Origin: an uncultured Nitrospinota bacterium
GTDB lineage: Bacteria; Tectomicrobia; Entotheonellia; J063; CAVPRW01
NCBI GenBank assembly: GCA_963707985.1
Contig: CAVPRW010000013.1
Span: 1-64,000 of the forward strand
Direction of reading: 5' to 3'
DNA: 64,000 nt
Shown: positions 11,082-20,276 of the stretch, piece by piece
How the letters are laid out: the number at the start of each line of letters is the position of its first letter
How positions within the stretch are numbered: the stretch's first letter is position 1
Position numbers and translations under genes: made by a program
Notes under the pieces: model-generated
What the model was told of the DNA's origin: nothing
The model's database searches: none
What the model saw: only the letters and a program-made list of their open reading frames with translations

Positions 11082-12215
11082 TCATTCAGCAGCTTGTATA
11101 TCACGGAGCAGGTGCCTACCATCGCGCGTCACGAAAGCGTCGATAATAACACCTCGGTTTACCATTGGCCCCACCAGATCATCAACGGTCTCCCCCGCCT
11201 CGTAGATGCGGAGTGGCTTCTGACCGGTATCGTTGTCGATCGTGATCTCAAGCCAATCCTGGTCGAGGTGTAGAGCACGCAACACTCCGCGAAGTTGTAC
11301 CTCTTCGCGGGCCGAGGCGTCCGGAGGAGGCGGGCTCTGTTTCTTCAAAGCATAGTTGATTGCTTCACGTGAGCTAGGGAGCAAAATGATGGGGCGCGTG
11401 TCGGTGGCCGATACCGGCTTAACCTCAAGCTGGCCAAAGCCCTTTCCCGTAGGAGCGAGATTCCGTGTTAGTTTGAGGAATGTTGCTCGGTACTCAGGAT
11501 TGGGTACGACTTCCGCGAGTGCCTCCTCGGGGTCGTCTGCGCTCGCCTTGATGATTTGGAGGAGTGTTGTAGCAACCTTTTCGATTTGCAGCGCCTCATT
11601 GGGAAATAGATTCATCTGTGCAGGCTGCTGCACGCGCACTACGAACTGATAGCTGCCTGGGGCGGCTTGGAACAGCCATGGGCGGCAAAGCTCCTGAATC
11701 TCCGCGGTGGGTGGGCCATGCTTCCGATGGGGAGCCTGGATTAGTAGCTCAGCTGTGCGGTAAACAAGTGCGCGCACTTCTTCAACCTTGCGCACAATGA
11801 GGTCTAAAGGAGCACCGCCGGTAACGATCTCACCGCCCTTCACCGATACTAGGACCTCACCACCAGTGAACTTCACACCCGCGTGCTCGCGAACGAGATC
11901 GCTCCACATCGTCTGCAAAAGACCCTGGAGCTGCTCGGCTGCGAATGGTGGGAGTAAGTCGGTACCAAGCCATTGGTGCGCAATCCGCTGTGCCTGCGGG
12001 TAGTCGCCTGCTTTGTACCACAATGCGACCGCGCTGACTGCGGTGATTCCAAGCGTGCGAGTCTTCATCACGTCAAGTTCAGCGAGCGCATGAGCCTCGG
12101 CTTGCGCTGCGAGCCTGTAGAGCGTAAGTGAGCGCTCGATGGCGCTCTGCCTAACCGCGAGTTCGGCGTCAGCTGCGAAGCGTTCGCTTTGAGTGTGGTA
12201 GTCTGCCCAAGTCAT
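11082..12215 (-). CDS. Hypothetical 377-aa protein with helical (TPR-like) N-terminus
   Basis: Intact ORF, translationally coupled (ATGA overlap) to the upstream gene within one cassette. Confidence 0.75.
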   Translation of the reverse strand: MTWADYHTQSERFAADAELAVRQSAIERSLTLYRLAAQAEAHALAELDVMKTRTLGITAVSAVALWYKAGDYPQAQRIAHQWLGTDLLPPFAAEQLQGLLQTMWSDLVREHAGVKFTGGEVLVSVKGGEIVTGGAPLDLIVRKVEEVRALVYRTAELLIQAPHRKHGPPTAEIQELCRPWLFQAAPGSYQFVVRVQQPAQMNLFPNEALQIEKVATTLLQIIKASADDPEEALAEVVPNPEYRATFLKLTRNLAPTGKGFGQLEVKPVSATDTRPIILLPSSREAINYALKKQSPPPPDASAREEVQLRGVLRALHLDQDWLEITIDNDTGQKPLRIYEAGETVDDLVGPMVNRGVIIDAFVTRDGRHLLRDIQAAE

Positions 12216-12754
12216 GGGGCCTCGACAAGCTGTAGCATGATGAGTTGCGCGTAGAAGCCAACCACTCCGGCCATGGCCGGCAGATTGCTATTGCCGACCG
12301 CGGCCTGCTCGATCTTCTCCCGGAGCCTACGAGCGACGACGCTGGCGGTCCCTCGATCCGTACCAGACACTTCGAGTCGCAGGCACCCCTCCAGATCATC
12401 AAGCGGCTGATCTGGAGGACCGATGTAGTAGTCTGCTCCGGTACCAGTCTCCGCACGCCGTACGGCCACTAGGCCACCCGTCATCTCGACGGCAGCGAGC
12501 GCGCAAGCATAGGCTCCCGCTTCTGTGGTGTCGATGTGATTTGCCCAAGCGCCCCGGGACCGCTCATCCGTCGCCTCCCACTCGACCAGTATACCGACGG
12601 CTTCGGTGCCGTTTTGCACCACGAATTCCGCCGGTGGGGTGTGGTGACGATCCAGGCAAACACGGGCAGCCTCAAGGTAACTTGTTGCAATCGGTTGCGT
12701 CAGCCCCCGGTGCCGATTGGCCATGTCCGTCAACGGCAGATATGATGGCGTCAT
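12212..12754 (-). CDS. Hypothetical protein, possible PD-(D/E)xK-like nuclease fold
   Basis: TEAGAY...GTGADYY...LRLEVSG acidic motif arrangement; intact. Confidence 0.6.
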   Translation of the reverse strand: MTPSYLPLTDMANRHRGLTQPIATSYLEAARVCLDRHHTPPAEFVVQNGTEAVGILVEWEATDERSRGAWANHIDTTEAGAYACALAAVEMTGGLVAVRRAETGTGADYYIGPPDQPLDDLEGCLRLEVSGTDRGTASVVARRLREKIEQAAVGNSNLPAMAGVVGFYAQLIMLQLVEAP

Positions 12755-12893
12755 TAGAGCGTTTCACCGCCGAATACCGTATCAAACGCTATTATAGCAA
12801 TTTTAGAGCTCATAGGGGTAATTTCAAACCTTTTTACTGCCGATGTCAACTCCCACTGCATTGAGTTACCGCCACGTGAGGAACTGGAAAGCT

Positions 12894-13814
12894 CCCTAAC
12901 GCTGGGCTTCAGGCGCCGCCAATGGCCGAAGCGAGGAACGAGCGTATGCTATTGGCGGTCGCTTGCCGGGTAGAGCCGGTGGTTACCCACCCGGCCCCCC
13001 CACAGACCCGTACGTGCGCAATTCACGCATACGGTTCCTCAAGCAGAGCCTCTGCTGCCCACGCAAGAACCCACCTTGCTCCGCAGTCCCCTGGCGTGCC
13101 GTGGTCAGGGTTGGTGAGCTCAAAGTCTCTCCCCTGTCTCCGGCCAGTGGAAGCTCTGCCCGACGTCGCCTTCCCTCCCGTGGGTCGCTTGGGCCTCACT
13201 TCCCCACCTTCCTCGGTACTATGCGCCGCTACGACTGCCACCCTGTCCCTCTCGGGGTGCTTCGCTTGTCGCTCGCAACCCCGATACCTTGCCGGCTTCC
13301 TACGTTCGTGGTCTCCGTTTCCGGCTCGTCGCCCAGTGGAAGCCCCCGGGCCACGCCAGGGCTTTTGGTCCCCCGGTCCCCCTGTTCCGGCACTTGTACA
13401 AGGAGACAGGTGGCTCTCCCAAGTTCCCGAGTTCCCCCTATGGCTGCATGCCCCGCTCTCAGACCCCGGTGGTGTCCTCGACACTCGCCATGCCGCGTCC
13501 AGGACTGCTGCCTTCCGGCGCTTGCAAACCGTCGGCTTTCCCCTCGAGTCCCTCTTGAGGGATATCCTCTTTGTCCACGACTATACACATTTCGGGGCTC
13601 AATCACGCGGCCTGCGTCCTCGCTACACCCGGCTTCGTACGGCCCCTTACGGGGAGGCACGCGGGTTCGCTCCTGACCGGCTGGCTAGGCGTTTGTCAGG
13701 TAGGACTTGAACCGTGAGGTTCTCACCTACTGGGTAACAACAACCAATTTCATAGGATTTCTCCTACTCCCAAGGTTTCGGGCTTACCTTGGCGCGAGCA
13801 CGCCATGGTTCGGC
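12894..13814 (-). other. attC site split by a group II intron
   Basis: R'' GCCGAAC CATGG at 13803-13814; remainder CAAGCG...CCTGAAG CCCAGC GTTAGGG at 12894-12965. Confidence 0.82.
12966..13801 (-). mobile_element. ORF-less group II intron (about 835 nt)
   Basis: 5' GTGCTCGCGCCAAGGTAAGCCCG; GGAACTCGGGAACTTGGGAGAGCC; domain V GAACCGTATGCGTGAATTGCGCACGTACGGGTC; domain VI GGGCCGGGTGGGTAACCACCGGCTCTACCCG; no RT ORF. Confidence 0.88.
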
Positions 13815-14393
13815 TGGTTGTGCCTCGGAACTCTGCCTGCTCAGTGGTGAACTCTCGGAAAGAGGCGGTCGCTCAGTTGGGATAGGAAGCATACGAAAAA
13901 ACGCCTCTCCGCGCTGCACCAATGCCTCGGGATCGTCACACTCAAACACTTCGTTCAGAATCAGCCGACAGCCCACAGCGGTAAGGGCATCTATCGCTGT
14001 CACTTCCCAGGAACGCTTACAAGGCCAGACGTGCAGCACTCGTGCTGTCGGAGCGGCTGTCCGGTGTTGGGCAAGCCGCTGCTCTACACTTTCAGCAAAC
14101 CCAAGCTTAAGCCTGTGTGGATCGAGTTCGGGAATAAGCTGAATAACGTAAAAGACCCCAACCTCGGAGACAGCGACGACCGTGGATGCCGTAAACCCTT
14201 GGTCGGCTCGATGCACGGCGATTTCCTCGGCCTCTAATGCCGTGACACAAAGCGTCAGCTGGCTTCCGGAGTCAACGGTCCGCCGTTTGTGAAAACTATC
14301 GCCCAGCTTCAGGACATACCGACGAGCATGGGATCGATCCATACCAAGCCGCTGTGCCAATGCCTTGCTTGAAACGAAACCATCACTGTCCAT
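13764..14393 (-). CDS. HTH plus GIY-YIG/T5orf172-like cassette protein
   Basis: LAQRLGMDRSHARRY (HTH-like); GVFYVIQL...RLKLGFA..VEQRLAQHRT; the 3' end now reads into the intron. Confidence 0.6.
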   Translation of the reverse strand: MDSDGFVSSKALAQRLGMDRSHARRYVLKLGDSFHKRRTVDSGSQLTLCVTALEAEEIAVHRADQGFTASTVVAVSEVGVFYVIQLIPELDPHRLKLGFAESVEQRLAQHRTAAPTARVLHVWPCKRSWEVTAIDALTAVGCRLILNEVFECDDPEALVQRGEAFFRMLPIPTERPPLSESSPLSRQSSEAQPAEPWRARAKVSPKPWE

Positions 14394-14408
14394 TGTTTGT
14401 CCTAAGAA

Positions 14409-14497
14409 GCCGAACGAATTAGCGTTAAGCGGCCGCGAGACCACTAGACGACGCTACCCCAGAGCGGGCCGCGGTCCGCTTCAACACCTGGTTGGAC
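14409..14497 (-). other. attC site of IS91-transposase cassette (copy 2)
   Basis: GTCCAAC CAGGT GTTGAAGC ... GCTTAAC GCTAATTC GTTCGGC. Confidence 0.88.
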
Positions 14498-14724
14498 GAC
14501 CCGCGCACCGAGCGGCGACCTGCCTATGGAATTTATACCAGCTCTTCAGCCCCGAACACGCTCGTCGATGGAAGCCGAGCGACGCAGAGCGCGGGTGGAG
14601 TGGCGAGCACAGGTTGGGCCCCAGCCTTGCCGAGCTGCCCTGCGGGTCCCTGCGCCACGCGGGGCGCGGTGCCAGGGCAGACCTCCCCTGCTGACCGGCT
14701 TAGAGCGCACGCCTGGTCCGCTGA

Positions 14725-15963
14725 TCATGCCGCTGCCACCCGAAGGCGCGCCGCGGGGGGTGGTCGGCGGGCGGGCAGGAAGACCCCGCGGCGAATGAGC
14801 CGCCGTCCACACACAGGACAGCACTCGGGATGGTCAGCACCGCGCTCCTGGCACGCCGTCTGCCAATCCAGCACCACGGGCACTGCCACGGGCGCTTGCC
14901 CCAACTGGGCGCGACAGACCGCCAAGGCCTCACCCTGGGTGGGCGCATACAGCCCATACGCCCGCACCACCCGGGTTCCCGGAACAGGCACATGGAGGAG
15001 ATAGCGCCGCAGGAATTCCGCAAGAGATACCGTCAGCAGACTGCTCCGCGGGCGGTCTGTGGCCTCCCCATTCACCCGATAGCGGAAGGTCACCTCCCCC
15101 TCCGCACATGCGACCAGCCGTGTATTCGAGAGCGGCCCCCCGCGGAGATAGCGCGCCAGATACGTCAGCACCCCAGCCCCGTGCGCATACCGCTCGCGAA
15201 TGTGCACGTTCCACTTCGTGCGGCCCAACTTGTTCAACAGATTCTCCATCTGTTGGCGGCTTTTGCCTGGGGGGAGCTGGAGCGTCCCCTGTGCCAGTCC
15301 CTGCTGGATGGCCGCCCGCAGTTTGCCCCGGAAGACCGCCATGACCACCGCCATCGGCAGGAGAAACCCGTTCCGCACGGCCACCCATTGACCGGTGGCA
15401 TTGAGACCCCCGCCGGTCACCAACGTGTGAATATGCGGATGCAGGAGCAGCGTCTGGCTCCACGTGTGCAACGTCGCGATCATGCCCGGCCGGGCTTCCA
15501 GGTATTTCGCATCTCGCAGCAGTTCAACCAATGTCGCATGCACGCTGGCAAACAACAGCTGCGTCATCACGGCAACGTTGGCCACCCAGAGCTCGTTCAG
15601 TTCATGGGGCATGGTAAAGATCACATGGTAATGGTCGCAGGCCAACAAGCGGGCTTTCTGTTTGGCCAACCAACGCTCAATCTGCAGCCAGGCACACTGC
15701 GGACACAGCCGGTGCCGACAGGAATTGTACCAGACCCGTTCGATATGCCCGTCCGGGCAGGCTTGGACATGGCCCCCGAGCCGTGCGGTGCGACACGCGA
15801 GCAGGGCCCACACGGCCCGCCGCACATAGTCAGGCAACGCATGCATGCGGGCATACGTCTCATACCCCAGCTGCAGAATCGTTTGGAGCGTGAGCTTGTC
15901 TGTTTGCAAGGCGTGTCCATCACTGCTCATGCATCGCTCCATCACTTGTGACGCTTGCGTCAC
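14725..15963 (-). CDS. IS91-family (HUH/Y2) transposase, intact; first cassette
   Basis: CRT..LGGH..ACP..YNSCRHRLCPQC, LHPHIH, YLARYLRGGP, C-terminal CPVCG. Confidence 0.92.
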   Translation of the reverse strand: MTQASQVMERCMSSDGHALQTDKLTLQTILQLGYETYARMHALPDYVRRAVWALLACRTARLGGHVQACPDGHIERVWYNSCRHRLCPQCAWLQIERWLAKQKARLLACDHYHVIFTMPHELNELWVANVAVMTQLLFASVHATLVELLRDAKYLEARPGMIATLHTWSQTLLLHPHIHTLVTGGGLNATGQWVAVRNGFLLPMAVVMAVFRGKLRAAIQQGLAQGTLQLPPGKSRQQMENLLNKLGRTKWNVHIRERYAHGAGVLTYLARYLRGGPLSNTRLVACAEGEVTFRYRVNGEATDRPRSSLLTVSLAEFLRRYLLHVPVPGTRVVRAYGLYAPTQGEALAVCRAQLGQAPVAVPVVLDWQTACQERGADHPECCPVCGRRLIRRGVFLPARRPPPAARLRVAAA

Positions 15964-15984
15964 CTCCCCCGCTGTTGCGGGTCA

Positions 15985-16057
15985 GTCCAACCATTGATTG
16001 ACACGCAGTTTTGCCCTGATAATATGATATTAGAGGGATTTTCAGGCAGTTTTGCCC
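15985..16057 (-). other. attI site
   Basis: Core G|TTGGAC (15985-15991) with no attC hairpin upstream, next to the intI 5' end; 12-bp direct repeat GCAGTTTTGCCC at 16005 and 16046. Confidence 0.72.
15998..16025 (+). promoter_or_regulatory. Putative sigma70 promoter of intI
   Basis: TTGACA-16 bp-TAATAT with extended -10 TGn, about 80 bp upstream of the ATG. Confidence 0.55.
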
Positions 16058-16103
16058 GATGCCCATTATCAAGGCTCTCAGGGCGCCATAACGGAGAACC
16101 TAT

Positions 16104-17096
16104 ATGCTTGATGCCACAAGAAGTCAACCACCTACACTCCTCGATGAAGTCCGCAAGGTGCTCCGTCTTCAGCACTACTCCATTCACACCGAGCGCGCCT
16201 CTGTCGAGTGGATCAGACGGTTTGTGCGTTTTCATGGCATGCGATCGCGTGAGGACTTGTTCCCCGCCGAACCGAAGATCGAAGCATTGCTCACCAACCT
16301 GGCCGTGCACGGCAACGTGGCTGCCGCCACCCAGAACCAGGCGATGAATGCCCTGGTGTTCCTCTACAAGCGCGCACTCAACCATGCGCTGCCGGACCGT
16401 CTCAATGCCATTCGGGCCAGCAAAAAGATCAACGTCCCGGTCGTGATGACCCGCGAAGAAGTCGCCGCTGTCCTGGCGCTTATGGACGGCACCGCCCAGC
16501 GAGTCGCCAAGCTCCTCGATGGGAGTGGGCTACGTATCATGGAAGCGGTCCGGCTGCGCATGAAGGACATCGAGTATCAGATGAAGCAATTGACCGTCCG
16601 TTCAGGGCAAGGCGATCAGGATCGATTCACCACATGTCCCGCCACCCTCATACCCTTGCTCCAGCACCACCTGGCCGGGGTCAGGACGCTGCATCAGCAG
16701 GACCTGGTTCAGGGGTATGGCGAGTCGTACCTGCCGCATGCGCTGGCGCGAAAAGATCCTACGACCGCGCAAGCATGGGGCTGGCAGTGTGTCTTTCCCA
16801 CGCGGCATCTGGCCGTAGATCCACGTGCTGGCCTCACCCGTCGCCATCATGTTGACCCAAGCGTCCTCAACAAGGCGATCAAGGTGGCGGTGCGCCGGGC
16901 CGGTCTGACCAAGCCCATCAGCGCCCACACCTTTCGTCATTCTTTTGCCACCCACCTGCGGCAACGCGGTACGGATATCCGCACGATTCAGCACCTGCTC
17001 GGGCACCACAATGTCGCTACCACGAGGATCTATACCCATGTCCTGCCGCAGGGAGGCCAGGGCGTGCCGAGTCCCTTGGACGATCTCGGCGTTTGA
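16104..17096 (+). CDS. intI: Integron integrase (tyrosine recombinase)
   Basis: HYSIHTE, TQNQAMNALVFLYK, GLR, integron-specific YLPHALARKDP..WGWQCVFP..RRHH segment, HTFRHSFATH, LLGH..TTRIYTH. Confidence 0.95.
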   Translation: MLDATRSQPPTLLDEVRKVLRLQHYSIHTERASVEWIRRFVRFHGMRSREDLFPAEPKIEALLTNLAVHGNVAAATQNQAMNALVFLYKRALNHALPDRLNAIRASKKINVPVVMTREEVAAVLALMDGTAQRVAKLLDGSGLRIMEAVRLRMKDIEYQMKQLTVRSGQGDQDRFTTCPATLIPLLQHHLAGVRTLHQQDLVQGYGESYLPHALARKDPTTAQAWGWQCVFPTRHLAVDPRAGLTRRHHVDPSVLNKAIKVAVRRAGLTKPISAHTFRHSFATHLRQRGTDIRTIQHLLGHHNVATTRIYTHVLPQGGQGVPSPLDDLGV

Positions 17097-17646
17097 TCTG
17101 CATCCTTTCCTGTCTGCCTAATGCCAATTAGACTGCCGAATGAAATTGGCAAACACGGCAGTTTTTGCAGCCTAACACCTGAACGGTCAATTAATTATAG
17201 GCGGCAACTTTTCTCAACGTATCACGACGCCCCCTACTGGTGAAATGACCACAAACCTCTGTGGCCACCATACCTTACAGCCGAATGACCGAGGCCTGAT
17301 AGGCTGCAGCCGTTTGCGGCCTATGACGGCGCAACACCCTGCTGATAGACTGCGGCTTTCTGCAGCCTCACACAACTAGCATCTGGTGTAGGAAAGCGTG
17401 CTGAGCATGATCCATCACATCCCCGGCGAGTCAAAGTGACCGGATTATCAGATCGATCCAGGTAGTTGTCAATGGTGGAACTGGTTGCGGACCATCGCCG
17501 CTCTTCTATTGCGAAGATGTGACCGCGTTGTCCCCAGGTAGGAAACATACCTCGCGATCAGCCTCCAGCTCCAGCGCAGGTCTCAGAGCCTCATCGACAC
17601 GTCTAAGCCAGTCCGCTTGATGGCAGGGTTTACCAAACCTGTCGGA

Positions 17647-17842
17647 CTCGACTTTGGCCATTTTCCCCGCAACCAGATAGCAGGAAAATGGCAGCCGGAT
17701 GAGGGCTTAATTGCAGGGGTATTGGAGGCTGAGTAATTTCGTGATGTCTACCTCCCCAGCAGACTTCACCTAATTTCCGGACGGCGCCTGCCTGCTCTTG
17801 CCTGGTCTGCAAAGGGTCGATTCCTGAATGGCCAAAGTCGAG
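17647..17842. mobile_element. MITE (196 bp)
   Basis: 16-bp perfect TIRs CTCGACTTTGGCCATT / AATGGCCAAAGTCGAG flanked by the 5-bp direct repeat TCGGA. Confidence 0.82.
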
Positions 17843-18102
17843 TCGGAATGACTCAAAAAGATAGGGAATGCTCCCGCCGATTGCAGTACTCGCCTACTGC
17901 CATCATGCTAAGCCGGGAACATTGCCGCTTTTGCTATAGTTATTACCATCTGTAGCTAATGAGTAATCGCAATATCAGGTCAGAAGATAAGCACAGGAGT
18001 GGACGAAAACGGGTCACAATCTCTCGGGCGATGACACAGCTGGCGTCGCATGGGGAAAGCGGTGTGTGGGTGTTTTGACCGTACGGCTCCCCCCATCACC
18101 CC

Positions 18103-19179
18103 TTATGGCTGGCGTCTACGCCAGAAACACCTCTTGGGCCAGCGATGCTCTTCGGCGTAGTATTGCGCCTGCACCCGTCGATAGCTGGCGAACTCGTGCT
18201 GTACGAAGCTGGCATAGCGCGCCAATCCCGCCCGGTCTGATTTCACCAGGCAATCGCCAATCGCGTACGACGCGAAAATCCCCCCTCTGAGCGCTTGCAG
18301 AATGCCTTGCGACGACAGTGGATCGCCGGCCGAGGCAGCATCCCCGACGGCGAGCCAGTCGTGCGCACACACCGGATCGAGGCGCATCGACTGCGCCGTA
18401 CAGATAATCGGAGAGCCGCACATCACGCCGCTGCCCAGGCTGCGCTGGATCCACTGGGTGGTCGAGAGCAAGCTGAGCCACCGGTCTACATCGTGTAAAG
18501 CCAACCGGCGCACGATATCGCTATCGGTCATGCAGGCGACCATGCGATGCTCACCCGCCAGCGCCGTGTACCACCAGCCTGCAGCGCAGGCTTCCACCAC
18601 GGTGCTCGACTCGGGCGCATCATCGAGCGTGAACAAGCGCGCACAACAGGCCAACCGGTCCCATGCCAAGCGGCGTGCCCCCATCCGACGCGCAAAGCTC
18701 GCGCGCCGGCCAGTCGCATCGACCACGAAGCGTGCACGGCAGGCGGTGCCTCCTGATAGGCGCAGATGCCAACCGTCTGGTAGGTCTGTGGCCGCGATCA
18801 GGCGTCGCGCCAACAGTACTTGAACCCCGGCGTCCACGGCCTGACGTGCCAGGAAGCCGTCAAAGCGGGGGCGGTCGAGGTGCCAGCCTGCTCCGTGCGG
18901 GGAATACATGGAGTGATTCTCCCGCAAGAAGGGCTGCCCCCAGGCTGACAGCGTGCTGTGCACACGCCGATAGCTCTCCCTCTGGAACGCATCCCAGACG
19001 CCGAGGTGCTCCAGAAACACGCGCGCCAATCCGGGGAGGATTTCACCAGGGCGTGGCCGGTCGTACGACGAGGCTTCCATCAGCCCCACCGCCAGTGCCG
19101 GTGCATGGGCCCGTAAGGCAAGCGCGGTGGCGCAGCCAGCCGGCCCGCCGCCGAGGATGAGGACATCATACGCTTGCAG
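18103..19179 (-). CDS. LodB/GoxB-like FAD-dependent oxidoreductase (duplicate copy)
   Basis: YDVLILGGGPAG, VVDATGRRA, WLAVGDAASAGDPLSSQG; likely CTG start after GAGAGG. Confidence 0.8.
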   Translation of the reverse strand: MQAYDVLILGGGPAGCATALALRAHAPALAVGLMEASSYDRPRPGEILPGLARVFLEHLGVWDAFQRESYRRVHSTLSAWGQPFLRENHSMYSPHGAGWHLDRPRFDGFLARQAVDAGVQVLLARRLIAATDLPDGWHLRLSGGTACRARFVVDATGRRASFARRMGARRLAWDRLACCARLFTLDDAPESSTVVEACAAGWWYTALAGEHRMVACMTDSDIVRRLALHDVDRWLSLLSTTQWIQRSLGSGVMCGSPIICTAQSMRLDPVCAHDWLAVGDAASAGDPLSSQGILQALRGGIFASYAIGDCLVKSDRAGLARYASFVQHEFASYRRVQAQYYAEEHRWPKRCFWRRRQP

Positions 19180-19190
19180 GTGCGGTCCTC

Positions 19191-19595
19191 TCAGTCCTGA
19201 CGGACGGCGTAAAACGAGGCGACGACGCCAGCCGGCGCGGTGCCGCCGCCTGAGGACGCATGGGGCACCGTGCGCACGACCGAGCCGACGATCGCGGGCC
19301 GTTGCAGCGTCGCGTCGCTGTTCGGCCACACAGGCACGAGCCAGCCGATGTAGTCGTAGACCCATTGCTCGCCGCGCACCTGGCCCTTGCCTTGAAAGCG
19401 CACCTGCATCGGTGAACCGTAACCTCGCGAACCATGCAACGTGAGCGACCAGTCTGGTCCGCCAATGGTGCCCTGCAGGAGTTGCGAGTCTGCTTCGGCG
19501 ATGACGAGATCGCCCCGGCCGAATTCCAAATCGTTGAAGTTCTTGTTCATCTCCGGGTCATTCAACAGGCTACGATACGTCCACGTGCCAACGAA
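19191..19595 (-). pseudogene. 5'-truncated duplicate of the 140-aa Lod-operon protein
   Basis: Matches 22606-23010 from FVGTWTYRS onward; the native start is lost. Confidence 0.8.
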
Positions 19596-19609
19596 TTGAG
19601 CGCGACAGT

Positions 19610-20127
19610 GAGCTGTTGACTGTGTGTCGCTCCGTGGTCCTGCACCCCGTACGCGCCGGCATGGTCCAGACGGCGCGGGCGTACGGCTGGACCATGCCGG
19701 CGCGACCGCCGGAGGACGGTGAGTGCCCAGCGTTGCTCTGCCCGGATTGGGTCCTGCAGTGTGGTCGAGACCGTGCGGAAGCGCACCAGTACGACCGTCG
19801 ATTTGCCGCCGAAGGCGTCGCGCACCCGTCCCCGTGGCAGGCCTCCACGGGCACATCGTGCTGGGACACGCCACCTTTGTCGAATCGATGCGGCCTCGGC
19901 TGCAGGCGGCACGCACGCTGCCCGATGCACCCCGCCCCTAGCGCTATGCCGACCGACCCGCCTTGGCAACGCTGTTTCGTGACCATCAGGCCGTGACCAC
20001 AACCGAGCGGAACCATCGCATCGCGCTGGCCCACCGCGACGACGGCTATGCCTTAGCAGCCATTGGCAGCGCTCTGGGACTGCACTACACGACGATCAGC
20101 AAGGTGGTCAAGGCACAGGGCATATGA
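19610..20127 (+). pseudogene. REP-associated/IS200-like Y1 transposase, degenerate 3' part
   Basis: VVLHPVRAGMV....YGWT (NPVRAG motif variant) and terminal HTH-like GYALAAIGSALGLHYTTISKVVK. Confidence 0.62.
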
Positions 20128-20276
20128 TCTTTCAAGACCTGATCCCATCAAGCAGGTGACTGGCTGACGACAGATAAGCACCAAAAAATTGTTGCATATT
20201 AGGTATAATTTCTATACCGTACATGCGCTTGCATGTACGAAAAAGCATCTATCCTCACTTCGACACTTGAGCGTCT

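Larger units (their letters stand above)
18041..19595. repeat. 1555-bp direct repeat, copy A (of 21456-23010)
   Basis: Same ORF set at a constant offset of 3415; scattered substitutions only. Confidence 0.95.

Noticed and set aside
16095..16106. Possible LexA box GAACCTATATGC before intI
   Set aside because: The right half does not match GAAC-N4-GTTC and no CTGT-N8-ACAG is present.
17100..17210. GCCTAAC and weak palindromes downstream of intI
   Set aside because: No paired L boxes or matching R' at the proper spacing; not called as attC.
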